Positions 24,267-36,880 of a DNA stretch of 64,000 bases are shown here, in pieces. Source of the stretch: Escherichia coli. Lineage in GTDB: Bacteria > Pseudomonadota > Gammaproteobacteria > Enterobacterales > Enterobacteriaceae. The DNA is taken from the NCBI RefSeq assembly GCF_044324875.1, contig NZ_CP172185.1. The stretch is one strand, 5' to 3'. The notes under the pieces were generated by a model. The model made no database searches, was not told the DNA's origin, and was given only the letters and a program-made list of their open reading frames with translations. A program made the translations under genes and the position numbers. The first letter of the stretch is position 1; the number at the start of each line of letters is the position of its first letter.

Positions 24267-26876
24267 TTATGAGCCAGGATGTGTGCAAACTGCCGAAATA
24301 ACAGTGACGGCTTGCTGTAAGCTTTGCTTCGGCAATACATAGTGCGCAATGCAGCGTGAGTTTGCACCGTCTCCCCACTGAACCAGTAATTCACCAGACA
24401 ATGGCGCACCGCTTAAATAAACTTGCCCGTCATCACCCACCATACTGGTTATTCCGGTACTGTTTTCCCGTACCAGTGATCCAAACGGCACCGGTTTTCC
24501 GCCCTGGGTAACGGTAATGAGCGCCCGCACGCCTATGCGGGTATCAAAATTGGCACGAACCAACGCGCCTTGCGTCGGCACAACACTGCTAATATTTTTT
24601 TCAACATCGATGGAATTCCCCATCGTATTGGTATCAAGCGCGATACGGTTATACCGATAAACCGTGGCATACGGCATCACCGCATAGCCGCGCCAGTCGG
24701 TTAAAATGCCAGTTTGATTTTCAATGCGTACACCGCCTGCGCCAGGCGCTTTAATCAAAACATTGGTATCCCCTAAAGGCTGGCTCAGCGTTATGCCATT
24801 TTCATGTCCGACCACACCGCCAGACAGCTGCCAGTTAACGTCATGTTGATCGCGGTCGTAGTTATACCCGACCCCCAGCGTACCGTAAGCGGCCTGCCAG
24901 TTTGCCGTAGCGCTGCCCGTATACCCATTATTCGAGGTATCGCCCTGGCTTACGTGATAACTCAGGTTGTGGCCTTCCAGTAAGGTCCCACCTACACCTG
25001 CCAGCCAGCTATTTTGCCCGTTGCTGTTACGGTTGGCGTTAAAGGAGGCATAAGCGCGGTCGAGCGCATTTTCCCGGGTATAGCGACGTTTGGTCAAAAC
25101 ATTGAAAGGCACTGAAACATTAAGTCCGACAATACGTTCGTTATCGGGGATCCCTACAGATTCATTCCACGAAAATGAGAGCGAATAACTGATGCCAACC
25201 CAGCTGCTGGTATACCCCACCTGATACCACGTATCTGAATCCGAAGTATTCCAGTATTTTTGATGGGTACCAGAGATATAAAGCGAGCCAAAGTCATTAA
25301 GTGATTGTGAAATATTTAACTGCAAACGGTCTTTACGGCTAAAGCGTAAATTGTGGTAATTCACGATTATCGGTTCATCGCGATGCTCACCGTCGTAATC
25401 GTAATCATACTCGTACCCCTCCATTCGACGATACGCAACATCATCAAGGGTATAAAAACCTTGTGTCGAATAGCGGTAACCCATTAACTGAAAATTGGTG
25501 CCGAAAGTGTTCATTGATTTCGCATAGAGGAAGCGAATGGAATCCCCCTCATGACGACTATCGTCGGCTAACTGACTGCGCGCATGGGTCACATCCAGAG
25601 ATACCGCCCCCCAGTTTCCGAGATTGCGCCCCAGCCCTAATAAAAAGGCGGTGTAATTGGCAGATAATTGCGTCCCGCCGTAGGCAGTAAATTCCTGTGG
25701 TAAGCCGCCGAGTGCCGTGCCCTGAAAAAAGAAAGGCGACGATTGCTGACTATTACCGCTACGAAAATCACCCGCCGTCAGGTCAAATTTGAAACGCCCT
25801 TCGCGTTGTAAAATTGGCACTGTCGAATACGGAATAGTGTAATTCTGCTGATTACCATCGCGCTCGTCGATGGTGACGTCCAGATCGCCATTTGAAGATG
25901 TCGGGTGTAAATCTGTAATTTCAAAAGCGCCGGGGGAAACATAGCTTTGATAGATAATAAAACCATTTTGCCGAATCGTTAGCTGGGCCGCCGTACGGGC
26001 AATCCCACGTACCGTTGGGGCAAACCCTTGCTGGCTATCAGGATACATATTATCGGAAGAATAAAGCCGTACACCTCGAAATCCGACGCCATCGAAAATA
26101 TCACTCCCTGTATTACCGTCTCCCATTACCAGTTCACTTTTCAGCGGAATAATGGCGCGCTGTACCCAGGTGCCAATATTATTCCACTGTTCTGAATGAT
26201 ATCCATTTCCGCGAAAATAGTTCCAGGAACCATTGTTGCGTAAACGCCACGGGCCAATATTAATCCCGCTGAGTTCACTAAAAAAATAGCTATCGTTACC
26301 ATTACCTCTGTTACCGGTGAAATTATAATTCAGGAGTAAAGCAGGAATACCTTAATCCCACTCTTCAGGCGGAATGTAACCGTGAGCGCTACTCAACAAC
26401 GCTATCTGAGGAATAGTGATGTTCAGGCGCATCGCTGCAAAATCAAAGTTAATTGTGGCATCAGGTACAGCTTTCAGTAAATCGATGCATTTATTATTTT
26501 GCTGCTGGGCTAACTCGGGGAATGCACTGCTATTAAGGCCAATTCGTTCAAGGAGTGCCTGATTAAAACAAGGCATTAACCCACCTGATTTATCACCTGT
26601 ATTTACTGTCGTCGATTCAAATACGATATCCTGTGAACCAATGAACTCATCATTACGCCAGAGATCCACCCGATACACACCCGCAGGTTGATGATTACCT
26701 CTCTCAAAGCGCGATAAATCAGCAACGGATGTGCCATTCTCTAATAAAAATGCCGGGTTGAAATAACTTTCCGCATAGCTTAAAAAGGAGGGTAAAATGG
26801 CAAGAGATGAATAACAAATTCCGGCCAGACACCAGGTATACCTCTGCGGAATATCCGTAGTAGTGGGTATTTTCAT
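24267..26876 (-). pseudogene. sfmD: Fimbrial usher SfmD interrupted by an in-frame TAA stop at 26352..26354
   Basis: A single 870-codon frame is split only by the TAA at 26352..26354; translation on both sides is usher-like (...[20 protein letters not shown]...). The ORF track shows it as 174-aa and 619-aa pieces. Confidence 0.8.
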
Positions 26877-26906
26877 AATTAGCTCTGATATTGTCAGATG
26901 ATTCGG

Positions 26907-27599
26907 TTAGTTTAAGTTCACTTCTCTGACCGGGGTTACTGAACCATAATCATTAACGGTCTGAAATTTCAGCTTTCCCTGCACTCCTGAGGGTAAGGGA
27001 ATTTGTGAATTAACTCTGGGTGCAGCCATAGCATTCCCCAACTTTTGGCTGCCCACTTGTAAGTTAACCAGGGTGACATAAAAAGGTGATGGATTATGAA
27101 CATTGATATAGTTACCGGATCGCGAAAACTTGAGTGTGTCCGGCGCTTCTGCGGGTAATTCTTGTAATTGAATTGGACGGAGAAATAACTTCATGCGCGA
27201 TAAAATCGCCAGTTGCAAAACATTCCTGCCGTTCAATGCATTTTTATCTACCGAAGGGATCGTCTTAACATTCATCCAGAACAGAGACTCACGATCTGCC
27301 GCCAGCGGTGGACCGGTGTAAATAATACGCAAAGTATTTTCGCTTTTGGGTTCACTAACAAACAGTGGCGGTGTAATGATGAATGACTTTTCTTTTACAC
27401 CGCTGCTGTTTTCAATCCACGAATTGACCAGAAAGCGCTCATTGGTATGGCTATTTCTAATCCATACTGCAGTCTGTTTAGCATCAGCGGGATAAATAAT
27501 ACGCGTGGCACCTAATGCGATCCCTCCGGCAGCATGGGCGCTGGCCGAAATGATTAAATAAAATATAATGAACATCAATAACTTTATTTTAGTCATCAT
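26907..27599 (-). CDS. sfmC: Periplasmic fimbrial chaperone SfmC
   Basis: 230 aa, signal peptide, PapD-like chaperone. Confidence 0.9.
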   Translation of the reverse strand: MMTKIKLLMFIIFYLIISASAHAAGGIALGATRIIYPADAKQTAVWIRNSHTNERFLVNSWIENSSGVKEKSFIITPPLFVSEPKSENTLRIIYTGPPLAADRESLFWMNVKTIPSVDKNALNGRNVLQLAILSRMKLFLRPIQLQELPAEAPDTLKFSRSGNYINVHNPSPFYVTLVNLQVGSQKLGNAMAAPRVNSQIPLPSGVQGKLKFQTVNDYGSVTPVREVNLN

Positions 27600-27818
27600 A
27601 GTTAATACGCCTTGTGTATTCCTGACGGCAAAAATAAGAATTATAAAGAAATGATTGCTTTGGTTTCTTACAACACATCATTCCCTTTTCATTTAATAAA
27701 GCGGCATGATACAAAGTGAACATGATTTCGATTTACATTGCCACCATACCGCTTCTGACAACCGGTACATTACTTTGTTATAAGACGTGATATATAATTC
27801 AAAACAACGTGGTTTTGA

Positions 27819-28361
27819 TTATTCGTATCTCATAATAAAAGTCGCGTCAGCATTTGCTTGCCCTGCTGATGCACTTGTACCGGTGCCTTTATAACGTGCA
27901 GAAAAATGAAGAACGTTGGTCCCGGGGATCAAGTTCTGGTTGGTTGAGAAGCTATTCCCATCAGGTTTGAGAATTGCGGATGTATTATCAAGTATTTCAA
28001 TACCGACACCCGTTGCTGTTGTTGTATTAGTACTGGATGCAATGGCCAATAAATTATCATTGATTGCATCCGCCTGACCAGAAAATGCAACGGCAGCATT
28101 AGCGGCAACGACAGGATCGCAGTCGTTCAACTGTATAGTGAATGGAATTAATGCAGAGGTATTACCAACAGCATTGAAAATATCGGTACGATATTGACCG
28201 AGTGTGACAACCTGGTCTGCCGAGTCAGTATTCACTGAACAGGCAGCATTCACCAGTTCGCCCTCAAAGTGAATTGTACCGCCATCTACAACGGCAGCAT
28301 AACTACCCGTAGCGGCGAATAGTGCGGCGGCCAGCGCAGACGAAATAAATCTTAATTTCAT
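27819..28361 (-). CDS. sfmA: Type 1-like fimbrial major subunit SfmA
   Basis: Start at internal Met [14 protein letters not shown]...; fimbrillin with C-terminal motif. Confidence 0.88.
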   Translation of the reverse strand: MKLRFISSALAAALFAATGSYAAVVDGGTIHFEGELVNAACSVNTDSADQVVTLGQYRTDIFNAVGNTSALIPFTIQLNDCDPVVAANAAVAFSGQADAINDNLLAIASSTNTTTATGVGIEILDNTSAILKPDGNSFSTNQNLIPGTNVLHFSARYKGTGTSASAGQANADATFIMRYE

Positions 28362-28831
28362 ATATATTCCTTCAATCTCATTTATCGACTCCACATCCGT
28401 ATATAACCGATTACTTTATTTAAGACACTGATAGTAGTAAATTCCTTTTTATCCTCTAAGAATGTCTTAATTGAAAATATGCACTCTATTCTAAAAAATA
28501 GAGAGCCCCGTTAGATGAATACTTCCGCGCAAAATATATTCAACACAAATATAGACCTGAAGCGGTAAATTACCAGGCTGAAAATTCTTTTTATATTGTC
28601 AGGTATTTCTTAAATCATCTTAATCCTTTGACAAGGAAATAAGTCAGTTCCAGATTTACAACGCCATCATGGACGAAAAATGAAGCTTTCAATCTCAGCG
28701 ACAGTACGCCTCACCTTCGCACGAGGTCGCTTCACGCGATAAATCTGAAACGAAACCTGACAGCGCGCCCCGCTTCTGACAAAATAGGCGCATCCCCTTC
28801 GACCTACGTAACAGATGGAATCCTCTCTCTG

Positions 28832-29698
28832 ATGGCAGCAAAGATTATTGACGGTAAAACGATTGCGCAGCAGGTGCGCTCTGAAGTTGCTCAAAAAGTT
28901 CAGGCGCGTATTGCAGCCGGACTGCGGGCACCAGGACTGGCCGTTGTGCTGGTGGGTAGTAACCCTGCATCGCAAATTTATGTCGCAAGCAAACGCAAGG
29001 CTTGTGAAGAAGTCGGGTTCGTCTCCCGCTCTTACGACCTCCCGGAAACCACCAGCGAAGCGGAGCTGCTGGAGCTTATCGATACGCTGAATGCCGACAA
29101 CACCATCGATGGCATTCTGGTTCAACTGCCGTTACCGGCGGGTATTGATAACGTCAAAGTGCTGGAACGTATACACCCGGACAAAGACGTAGACGGTTTC
29201 CATCCTTATAACGTCGGTCGCCTGTGCCAGCGCGCGCCGCGTCTGCGTCCCTGCACCCCGCGCGGTATTGTCACGCTGCTTGAGCGTTACAACATTGATA
29301 CCTTCGGCCTCAACGCCGTGGTGATTGGCGCATCGAATATCGTTGGCCGCCCGATGAGCATGGAACTGCTACTGGCAGGTTGCACCACCACCGTGACTCA
29401 CCGTTTCACTAAAAATCTGCGTCACCACGTAGAAAATGCCGATCTATTGATCGTTGCCGTCGGTAAGCCAGGCTTTATTCCCGGTGACTGGATCAAAGAA
29501 GGCGCAATTGTGATTGATGTCGGCATCAACCGTCTGGAAAATGGCAAAGTTGTGGGCGACGTCGTGTTTGAAGACGCGGCTAAACGCGCCTCATACATTA
29601 CGCCTGTTCCCGGCGGCGTTGGCCCGATGACGGTTGCCACGCTGATTGAAAACACGCTACAGGCGTGCGTTGAATATCATGATCCACAGGGTGAGTAA
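28832..29698 (+). CDS. folD: Bifunctional methylene-THF dehydrogenase/methenyl-THF cyclohydrolase FolD
   Basis: 288 aa, recognised FolD ([19 protein letters not shown]...). Confidence 0.96.
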   Translation: MAAKIIDGKTIAQQVRSEVAQKVQARIAAGLRAPGLAVVLVGSNPASQIYVASKRKACEEVGFVSRSYDLPETTSEAELLELIDTLNADNTIDGILVQLPLPAGIDNVKVLERIHPDKDVDGFHPYNVGRLCQRAPRLRPCTPRGIVTLLERYNIDTFGLNAVVIGASNIVGRPMSMELLLAGCTTTVTHRFTKNLRHHVENADLLIVAVGKPGFIPGDWIKEGAIVIDVGINRLENGKVVGDVVFEDAAKRASYITPVPGGVGPMTVATLIENTLQACVEYHDPQGE

Positions 29699-29699
29699 C

Positions 29700-29912
29700 A
29701 TGGCGACATTTTCTTTAGGTAAACATCCGCACGTTGAGCTGTGCGACTTGCTGAAACTGGAAGGCTGGAGCGAAAGCGGCGCGCAGGCGAAAATCGCGAT
29801 TGCCGAAGGCCAGGTGAAAGTCGACGGTGCGGTTGAAACGCGCAAACGCTGCAAAATCGTCGCCGGGCAGACAGTGAGTTTTGCCGGTCACAGCGTACAG
29901 GTTGTTGCCTGA
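29700..29912 (+). CDS. ybcJ: S4-domain RNA-binding protein YbcJ
   Basis: ATG at 29700, two bases after folD stop (MATFSLGKHPHVELCDLL...), 70 aa. Confidence 0.88.
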   Translation: MATFSLGKHPHVELCDLLKLEGWSESGAQAKIAIAEGQVKVDGAVETRKRCKIVAGQTVSFAGHSVQVVA

Positions 29913-29919
29913 TCCCTTT

Positions 29920-29951
29920 CCCGGCCTGTAACAACAGGCCGGTTCTCTTTT
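29920..29951 (+). terminator. Rho-independent terminator after folD-ybcJ
   Basis: Hairpin CCGGCCTGT-AACA-ACAGGCCGG followed by TTCTCTTTT. Confidence 0.7.
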
Positions 29952-30019
29952 CAGACTTTTGCCCTCTACGCCCCATTCATCCATGCTGATAGCATCGACA
30001 TTTTGCCGAAGCGATCATC

Positions 30020-30541
30020 ATGCCAACCGTTATTACGCACGCCGCCGTTCCCCTTTGCATTGGTTTAGGGTTGGGTTCGAAAGTCATCCCTCCGCGTCTT
30101 TTATTTGCCGGAATCGTCCTGGCGATGCTGCCTGATGCCGACGTCTTGTCGTTTAAATTTGGCGTTGCTTACGGCAATGTTTTTGGTCATCGCGGGTTTA
30201 CCCATTCGCTGGTGTTTGCGTTTGTTGTCCCGCTGTTATGTGTGCTGATTGGACGTCGATGGTTCAGGGCTGGGCTGATTCGCTGCTGGCTGTTTTTAAC
30301 CGTCTCGTTGTTATCGCACAGCTTGCTGGATTCGGTAACCACTGGCGGTAAGGGCGTTGGCTGGCTGTGGCCGTGGTCAGATGAACGCTTTTTCGCTCCC
30401 TGGCAGGTGATTAAAGTCGCGCCGTTTGCATTGTCTCGTTACACCACGCCGTACGGACATCAGGTGATTATTTCTGAATTGATGTGGGTATGGTTGCCGG
30501 GGATGCTACTGATAGGAATGTTGTGGTGGCGCAGACGATAA
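30020..30541 (+). CDS. ybcI: Inner membrane protein YbcI (DUF457)
   Basis: 173-aa polytopic membrane ORF in the expected position. Confidence 0.85.
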   Translation: MPTVITHAAVPLCIGLGLGSKVIPPRLLFAGIVLAMLPDADVLSFKFGVAYGNVFGHRGFTHSLVFAFVVPLLCVLIGRRWFRAGLIRCWLFLTVSLLSHSLLDSVTTGGKGVGWLWPWSDERFFAPWQVIKVAPFALSRYTTPYGHQVIISELMWVWLPGMLLIGMLWWRRR

Positions 30542-30565
30542 CCGGATGCGAAAACTCGCATCCGG
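30542..30565. terminator. Hairpin terminator between convergent ybcI and cysS
   Basis: Palindrome CCGGATGCG-AAAACT-CGCATCCGG directly after the ybcI stop. Confidence 0.55.
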
Positions 30566-30576
30566 CAATAGCGCAA

Positions 30577-31962
30577 TTACTTACGACGCCAGGTGGTCCC
30601 TTGCGGGCCATCTTCCAGCACGATCCCCATCTCGTTAAGACGGTCACGCGCCGCATCTGCCGCCGCCCAGTCTTTCGCTTTACGGGCATCCAGACGCTGT
30701 TGAATTAACGCTTCAATCTCAGCCACTTCGCTGTCGTCTGCCTGCGCGCCGCTTTGCAGGAACGCTTCCGGTTCTTGCTCCAGCAGGCCCAATACGGCGG
30801 AAAGTTTACGCAGATGAGACGCCATCGCGTTCGCCGCTGCCATATCTTCTGCTTTCAGACGGTTTACTTCACGCGCCATATCAAACAGTACGGAATAGGC
30901 TTCCGGGGTGTTGAAATCGTCGTCCATCGCTTCAATAAAGCGCGCTTCAAACGCTTCGCCACCGGCAGGCGCAACGGTTTTATCGGTGCCGCGCAGCGCA
31001 GTGTAGAGACGCTCCAGCGCCGCACGCGCCTGCTTCAGGTTCTCTTCGCTGTAGTTCAGCTGGCTGCGATAGTGGCCTGACATCAGGAAGTAACGCACGG
31101 TTTCAGCATCGTAGTATTTCAGCACATCGCGCACGGTAAAGAAGTTACCCAGCGATTTCGACATCTTCTCGCGGTCAACCATTACCATCCCGGAGTGCAT
31201 CCAGTAGTTCACATACTGACCATCATGCGCACAGGTGGACTGAGCGATTTCGTTCTCGTGGTGCGGGAACATCAGGTCTGAACCGCCGCCGTGGATATCA
31301 AAGTGGTTACCCAGCTGCTTGCAGTTCATTGCCGAACATTCAATGTGCCAGCCTGGACGGCCCGCGCCCCACGGAGACGGCCAGCTCGGTTCGCCCTCTT
31401 TCGACATCTTCCACAGAACGAAGTCCATCGGGTTGCGTTTGTCGTCGACCACGTCAACGCGCGCGCCTGCCTGCAGCTGGTCGAGATCCTGACGCGACAG
31501 CACGCCATATGTCGGATCGGTCGGTACGTCAAACATCACGTCGCCGTTGTCCGCCACATAAGCGTGACCTTTGGCGATCAGTTGTTCAGTGAGTTCAATA
31601 ATTTCTGCGATATGGTGCGTCGCGCGCGGCTCCATATCCGGGCGCAGAATGTTCAAAGCATCAAAATCTTTGTGCATTTCGGCGATCATGCGATCCACCA
31701 GCGCCACAAAGCTTTCGCCATTTTCATTGGCGCGTTTGATGATTTTGTCGTCGATATCAGTAATGTTGCGCACATACTTCAGCTTATAGCCGAGGAAACG
31801 CAGATAGCGCGCAACCACGTCAAAGGCAACAAAGGTACGCCCGTGACCGATATGACAGAGATCGTAAACGGTGATTCCACACACGTACATGCCGACTTCC
31901 CCGGCGTGAATAGGCTTAAATTCCTCTTTTTGGCGTGTCAGAGTATTGAAGATTTTTAGCAT
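30577..31962 (-). CDS. cysS: Cysteine-tRNA ligase CysS
   Basis: 461 aa with HIGH motif (CHIGHGRT) and KMSKS. Confidence 0.97.
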
Positions 31963-32135
31963 CGAAGATTCCGTTTAGACATGTGTGGGTAATTGAGTTG
32001 CGTATAATACCCATATTTCCCGCGCGAATCAGCATACATTGCGTGATGATCCGATCGTGCGGTTATGCTATAACACCACCCTATATATGACCCGAACCGG
32101 GTTGAAGCACCAATCAAACGGAACAGGATGCAAAA

Positions 32136-32630
32136 ATGGTTACTTTCCACACCAATCACGGCGATATTGTCATCAAAACTTTTGACGATAAAGCACCTGA
32201 AACAGTTAAAAACTTCCTGGACTACTGCCGCGAAGGTTTTTACAACAACACCATTTTCCACCGTGTTATCAACGGCTTTATGATTCAGGGCGGCGGTTTT
32301 GAACCGGGCATGAAGCAAAAAGCCACCAAAGAACCGATCAAAAACGAAGCCAACAACGGTCTGAAAAATACCCGTGGTACGCTGGCAATGGCCCGTACTC
32401 AGGCTCCGCACTCTGCAACTGCACAGTTCTTCATCAACGTGGTTGATAACGACTTCCTGAACTTCTCCGGCGAAAGCCTGCAAGGTTGGGGTTACTGCGT
32501 GTTTGCTGAAGTGGTTGAAGGCATGGACGTGGTAGACAAAATCAAAGGTGTTGCAACCGGTCGTAGCGGTATGCACCAGGACGTGCCAAAAGAAGACGTT
32601 ATCATTGAAAGCGTGACCGTTAGCGAGTAA
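32136..32630 (+). CDS. ppiB: Peptidyl-prolyl cis-trans isomerase B (cyclophilin)
   Basis: 164 aa, recognised PpiB. Confidence 0.96.
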   Translation: MVTFHTNHGDIVIKTFDDKAPETVKNFLDYCREGFYNNTIFHRVINGFMIQGGGFEPGMKQKATKEPIKNEANNGLKNTRGTLAMARTQAPHSATAQFFINVVDNDFLNFSGESLQGWGYCVFAEVVEGMDVVDKIKGVATGRSGMHQDVPKEDVIIESVTVSE

Positions 32631-32632
32631 TC

Positions 32633-33355
32633 GTGGCGACACTCTTTATTGCAGATCTTCATCTCTGCGCGGAAGAACCGGCGATCACCGCCGGTTTTCT
32701 GCGTTTTTTAGCGGGGGAAGCCCGCAAGGCCGACGCGCTGTATATTCTTGGCGATCTGTTTGAAGCGTGGATTGGCGACGACGATCCCAACCCACTCCAT
32801 CGCCAGATGGCGGCAGCGATCAAAGCGGTGTCCGATTCCGGCGTTCCCTGTTATTTCATTCATGGCAACCGTGATTTTCTGCTCGGCAAACGCTTTGCCC
32901 GTGAAAGCGGCATGACGTTATTGCCGGAAGAAAAGGTGCTCGAACTGTATGGTCGCCGGGTATTGATTATGCATGGCGACACGCTGTGCACCGATGACGC
33001 CGGTTATCAGGCTTTTCGCGCCAAAGTCCACAAACCCTGGCTGCAAACGCTATTCCTCGCCCTGCCGTTGTTTGTGCGCAAACGCATTGCCGCGCGAATG
33101 CGCGCGAACAGCAAAGAAGCCAACAGCAGTAAATCGCTGGCGATCATGGACGTTAACCAAAACGCGGTAGTCAGTGCGATGGAAAAACATCAGGTGCAAT
33201 GGCTGATTCACGGGCATACCCATCGCCCGGCAGTACATGAACTTATAGCCAATCAGCAACCTGCTTTCCGCGTCGTGCTGGGAGCCTGGCATACTGAAGG
33301 TTCAATGGTGAAAGTCACGGCGGATGACGTTGAGCTGATTCATTTTCCGTTTTAA
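32633..33355 (+). CDS. lpxH: UDP-2,3-diacylglucosamine hydrolase LpxH
   Basis: 240 aa, calcineurin-like phosphoesterase motifs ([16 protein letters not shown]). Confidence 0.95.
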   Translation: MATLFIADLHLCAEEPAITAGFLRFLAGEARKADALYILGDLFEAWIGDDDPNPLHRQMAAAIKAVSDSGVPCYFIHGNRDFLLGKRFARESGMTLLPEEKVLELYGRRVLIMHGDTLCTDDAGYQAFRAKVHKPWLQTLFLALPLFVRKRIAARMRANSKEANSSKSLAIMDVNQNAVVSAMEKHQVQWLIHGHTHRPAVHELIANQQPAFRVVLGAWHTEGSMVKVTADDVELIHFPF

Positions 33356-33384
33356 ATACCCGCAACTTTGCTGATTTCACAGCC

Positions 33385-33400
33385 ACGCAACCGTTTTCCT
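33385..33400. promoter_or_regulatory. Putative PurR box upstream of purEK
   Basis: ACGCAACCGTTTTCCT resembles the PurR operator consensus (ACGCAAACGTTTTCNT), about 70 bp upstream of purE. Confidence 0.5.
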
Positions 33401-33471
33401 TGCTCTCTTTCCGTGCTATTCTCTGTGCCCTCTAAAGCCGAGAGTTGTGCACCACAGGAGTTTTAAGACGC

Positions 33472-33981
33472 ATGTCTTCCCGCAATAATCCGGCGCGTGT
33501 CGCCATCGTGATGGGGTCCAAAAGCGACTGGGCTACCATGCAGTTCGCCGCCGAAATCTTCGAAATCCTGAATGTCCCACACCACGTTGAAGTGGTTTCT
33601 GCTCACCGCACCCCCGATAAACTGTTCAGCTTCGCCGAAAGTGCCGAAGAGAACGGTTATCAGGTGATTATTGCGGGCGCAGGCGGCGCAGCGCACCTGC
33701 CTGGCATGATTGCCGCCAAAACGCTGGTGCCAGTGCTGGGCGTGCCAGTACAGAGCGCCGCACTGAGCGGTGTCGATAGCCTCTACTCCATCGTACAAAT
33801 GCCGCGCGGCATTCCGGTGGGTACGCTGGCGATTGGTAAAGCTGGCGCGGCAAACGCGGCATTACTGGCAGCACAAATTCTTGCGACTCATGATAAAGAA
33901 TTGCACCAGCGTCTGAATGACTGGCGCAAAGCACAAACTGATGAAGTGCTGGAAAACCCGGACCCCCGAGGTGCGGCATGA
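33472..33981 (+). CDS. purE: N5-carboxyaminoimidazole ribonucleotide mutase PurE
   Basis: Start at ATG 33472 ([20 protein letters not shown]...), 169 aa. Confidence 0.96.
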   Translation: MSSRNNPARVAIVMGSKSDWATMQFAAEIFEILNVPHHVEVVSAHRTPDKLFSFAESAEENGYQVIIAGAGGAAHLPGMIAAKTLVPVLGVPVQSAALSGVDSLYSIVQMPRGIPVGTLAIGKAGAANAALLAAQILATHDKELHQRLNDWRKAQTDEVLENPDPRGAA

Positions 33982-35045
33982 AACAGGTTTGCGTCCTCGG
34001 TAACGGGCAGTTAGGCCGTATGCTGCGTCAGGCAGGCGAACCGTTAGGCATTGCTGTCTGGCCGGTCGGGCTGGACGCTGAACCGGCGGCAGTGCCTTTT
34101 CAACAAAGCGTGATTACCGCTGAGATCGAACGCTGGCCGGAAACCGCCTTAACCCGCGAGCTGGCGCGCCATCCGGCCTTTGTGAACCGCGATGTGTTCC
34201 CGATTATTGCCGACCGTCTGACTCAGAAGCAGCTTTTCGACAAGCTTCACCTGCCGACCGCACCGTGGCAGTTACTTGCCGATCGCAGCGAGTGGCCTGC
34301 GGTGTTTGATCGTTTAGGTGAGCTGGCGATTGTTAAGCGTCGCACTGGTGGCTATGACGGACGCGGTCAATGGCGTTTACGCGCCGATGAAACCGAACAG
34401 TTACCGGCTGAATCCTACGGCGAATGTATTGTCGAGCAGGGCATAAACTTCTCTGGTGAAGTGTCGCTGGTTGGCGCGCGCGGCTTTGATGGCAGCACCG
34501 TGTTTTATCCGCTGACGCATAACCTGCATCAGGACGGTATTTTACGCACCAGCGTCGCTTTCCCGCAGGCCAATGCGCAGCAGCAAGCGCAAGCCGAAGA
34601 TATGCTGTCGGCGATTATGCAGGAGCTGGGCTATGTGGGCGTGATGGCGATGGAGTGTTTTGTCACCCCGCAAGGTCTGCTGATCAACGAACTGGCTCCG
34701 CGTGTGCATAACAGTGGTCACTGGACGCAAAACGGTGCCAGCATCAGCCAGTTTGAGCTGCATCTGCGGGCGATTACCGATCTGCCGTTACCGCAACCGG
34801 TAGTGAATAGCCCGTCGGTGATGATCAACCTGATTGGTAGCGATCTGAATTATGACTGGCTGAAACTGCCGCTGGTGCATCTGCACTGGTACGACAAAGA
34901 AGTCCGTCCGGGGCGTAAAGTGGGGCATCTGAATTTGACCGACAGCGACACATCGCGTCTGACCGCGACGCTGGAAGCCTTAATCCCGCTGCTGCCGCCG
35001 GAGTATGCCAGCGGCGTGATTTGGGCGCAGAGTAAGTTCAGTTAA
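33978..35045 (+). CDS. purK: N5-carboxyaminoimidazole ribonucleotide synthase PurK
   Basis: 355 aa ATP-grasp protein; 4-bp overlap with purE. Confidence 0.96.
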   Translation: MKQVCVLGNGQLGRMLRQAGEPLGIAVWPVGLDAEPAAVPFQQSVITAEIERWPETALTRELARHPAFVNRDVFPIIADRLTQKQLFDKLHLPTAPWQLLADRSEWPAVFDRLGELAIVKRRTGGYDGRGQWRLRADETEQLPAESYGECIVEQGINFSGEVSLVGARGFDGSTVFYPLTHNLHQDGILRTSVAFPQANAQQQAQAEDMLSAIMQELGYVGVMAMECFVTPQGLLINELAPRVHNSGHWTQNGASISQFELHLRAITDLPLPQPVVNSPSVMINLIGSDLNYDWLKLPLVHLHWYDKEVRPGRKVGHLNLTDSDTSRLTATLEALIPLLPPEYASGVIWAQSKFS

Positions 35046-35061
35046 CCTGGTGCTCATTTGA

Positions 35062-35146
35062 TTGCCGGATGCGGCGTGAACGCCTTATCCGACCTGTGGA
35101 AACAGTGATATTTCCAGGTCGGATAATCAGCATCGCATCAGGCACA
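35062..35146. repeat. REP/BIME repeat pair between convergent purK and ybcF
   Basis: GCCGGATGCGGCGTGAACGCCTTATCCGACCT plus an inverted REP-like copy about 25 bp downstream. Confidence 0.6.
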
Positions 35147-35164
35147 AATACCGAATGCCTACGA

Positions 35165-36058
35165 CTACAGCGAAATACAGGTCCCCGCTTCGCCCGCCAG
35201 CGTCTCTTCAATCCGCGATAACGCCCCAATCCACGCGGGTTTACCACGGCTTCTGACATAGCCACTCACCGCCATTACCTTCGGCCCCATCGAACCATCG
35301 GCTTTGGCAAATGGCGCTAAATCATCCGGTGTGGCACGGCGAATGGCGCGTTGCTGCGGCGTTCCCCAGTTTTCATATACCGCATCAGCATCGGTGAGGA
35401 TCACCAGCCCATCGGCGTTAATCTGCTCGGCGAGCAACGCAGCGGCGAGATCTTTATCAATCACTGCTTCACTCCCTGCTCCGTCATCCGTCACAGGCAC
35501 ACCGCCGCCGCCACTGCAAATCACCACATGCCCCTCTTTGAGCAACAACTCGATGGCTTCGCTGTCGAGAATTTTACGCGGTTGCGGAGACGCTACCACC
35601 CGGCGCAAATATTTACCATCACGTTTCATCTGCCAGCCGTAAGCCGCTTCCAGTGCCTCTTGTTCTTCTGGCTGATAAACCGGACCGATAAACTTCTCTG
35701 GCTGCAAAAACGCCGGATCATCAGGCGAAACCTCAATGCGCGTCAGCACCGTCGTGACAGGCGGCATCTGCGGCTGTGCGCTCAAGCTCTGCGCCAGCAT
35801 ATAGCCAATCATCCCCTGACTTTCCGCCACCAGCACATCCAGCGGATACGGTTCTACCTCTTTCCACGCCAGATTCTGCAATGCCAGCAGCCCCACCTGC
35901 GGTCCGTTGCCGTGAACAATCGCCAGCCGATAAGAACGGGCCAGGCGCGCCAGCGCGGGTACAGCACTGGCAATATTACGATATTGATTTTCTGCCGTCA
36001 GCGCCTCACCGCGCTGGAGTAAGGCGTTGCCCCCAAGAGCCACAACCAGTGTTTTCAT
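35165..36058 (-). CDS. ybcF: Carbamate kinase-like protein YbcF
   Basis: 297 aa carbamate kinase fold ([14 protein letters not shown]...). Confidence 0.9.
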   Translation of the reverse strand: MKTLVVALGGNALLQRGEALTAENQYRNIASAVPALARLARSYRLAIVHGNGPQVGLLALQNLAWKEVEPYPLDVLVAESQGMIGYMLAQSLSAQPQMPPVTTVLTRIEVSPDDPAFLQPEKFIGPVYQPEEQEALEAAYGWQMKRDGKYLRRVVASPQPRKILDSEAIELLLKEGHVVICSGGGGVPVTDDGAGSEAVIDKDLAAALLAEQINADGLVILTDADAVYENWGTPQQRAIRRATPDDLAPFAKADGSMGPKVMAVSGYVRSRGKPAWIGALSRIEETLAGEAGTCISL

Positions 36059-36870
36059 GGTTTTCCTTGTAATAATTGTTGACCAAGCCAGAACCCCAGC
36101 AGCGTATCTGCCCCTGACGTATGCCCCAGCGCCAGCAGCGAATCAATTGCAACAGCGGTACGTTTCGGGCAACTCAGAGCATGGACAAAGTGCAGGAGTG
36201 GCGAGGCGAAATATCCTTGCGCGGCATAACGTAAATAACTGACGCTCACCGCTGTGGTAACGAGTTGAAGATTGTCGGAACAGGTAAAAAATGGGCGACC
36301 GGAGCGCGCATCTAAAGCGCCATAATACCAGGCCGCCAGCAGCATTCCGCTCAGCGTGTCATCATGACTCGGCGTTAATCCCGGACCTTTGCCCAGCCAG
36401 TGCCGCCAGTCGGTCTTCACGCCATTGAGCGCGGCCTGAAAACAGTGGCGAAACTGGCGTAACTCAGCAGGAAGCGGATCGCCTGCCGCCAACGCCAGTG
36501 GCCCGAAAAGCCCGGTTTCCTCCGCGCGTTGCATCCATGCCGCTGCAAGCGGTTGAGGATGCGCAGGCGGCGTAATACGCAGCAAACAATAACGCTGTGG
36601 CTGTTTAACCGTGAAACGCCCGAGGCGAATCCCTTGAGCCACAACCTGTGGTCGTTCATTGCCGCATAATCCACCGCATAACGCATCGAATTGCGCGCGG
36701 CGAAGCACCCATCCTCCGGGGCCGAAACCACTACCCTGACGATGCAGCGTTAACAGTTCGCCGCTTTCCGTCATCAGGTTAATCGCCCGTCGCCACACTC
36801 CCGCTAACCGCCAGGACTGGCAATAATTCGGTGCGCTACGGCTGGCAAGCAGAGGATGGATGAACGTCAT
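36055..36870 (-). CDS. ylbF: YlbF (DUF2877)
   Basis: 271 aa, 4-bp overlap with ybcF, GAGGAA ribosome-binding site. Confidence 0.85.
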   Translation of the reverse strand: MTFIHPLLASRSAPNYCQSWRLAGVWRRAINLMTESGELLTLHRQGSGFGPGGWVLRRAQFDALCGGLCGNERPQVVAQGIRLGRFTVKQPQRYCLLRITPPAHPQPLAAAWMQRAEETGLFGPLALAAGDPLPAELRQFRHCFQAALNGVKTDWRHWLGKGPGLTPSHDDTLSGMLLAAWYYGALDARSGRPFFTCSDNLQLVTTAVSVSYLRYAAQGYFASPLLHFVHALSCPKRTAVAIDSLLALGHTSGADTLLGFWLGQQLLQGKP

Positions 36871-36880
36871 TGCGCGTTCC

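Noticed and set aside
28667-29125. 152-aa reverse-strand ORF overlapping the folD 5' end
   Set aside because: It overlaps the strongly supported folD CDS on the opposite strand, has Cys/Arg-rich low-complexity translation and no ribosome-binding site context.
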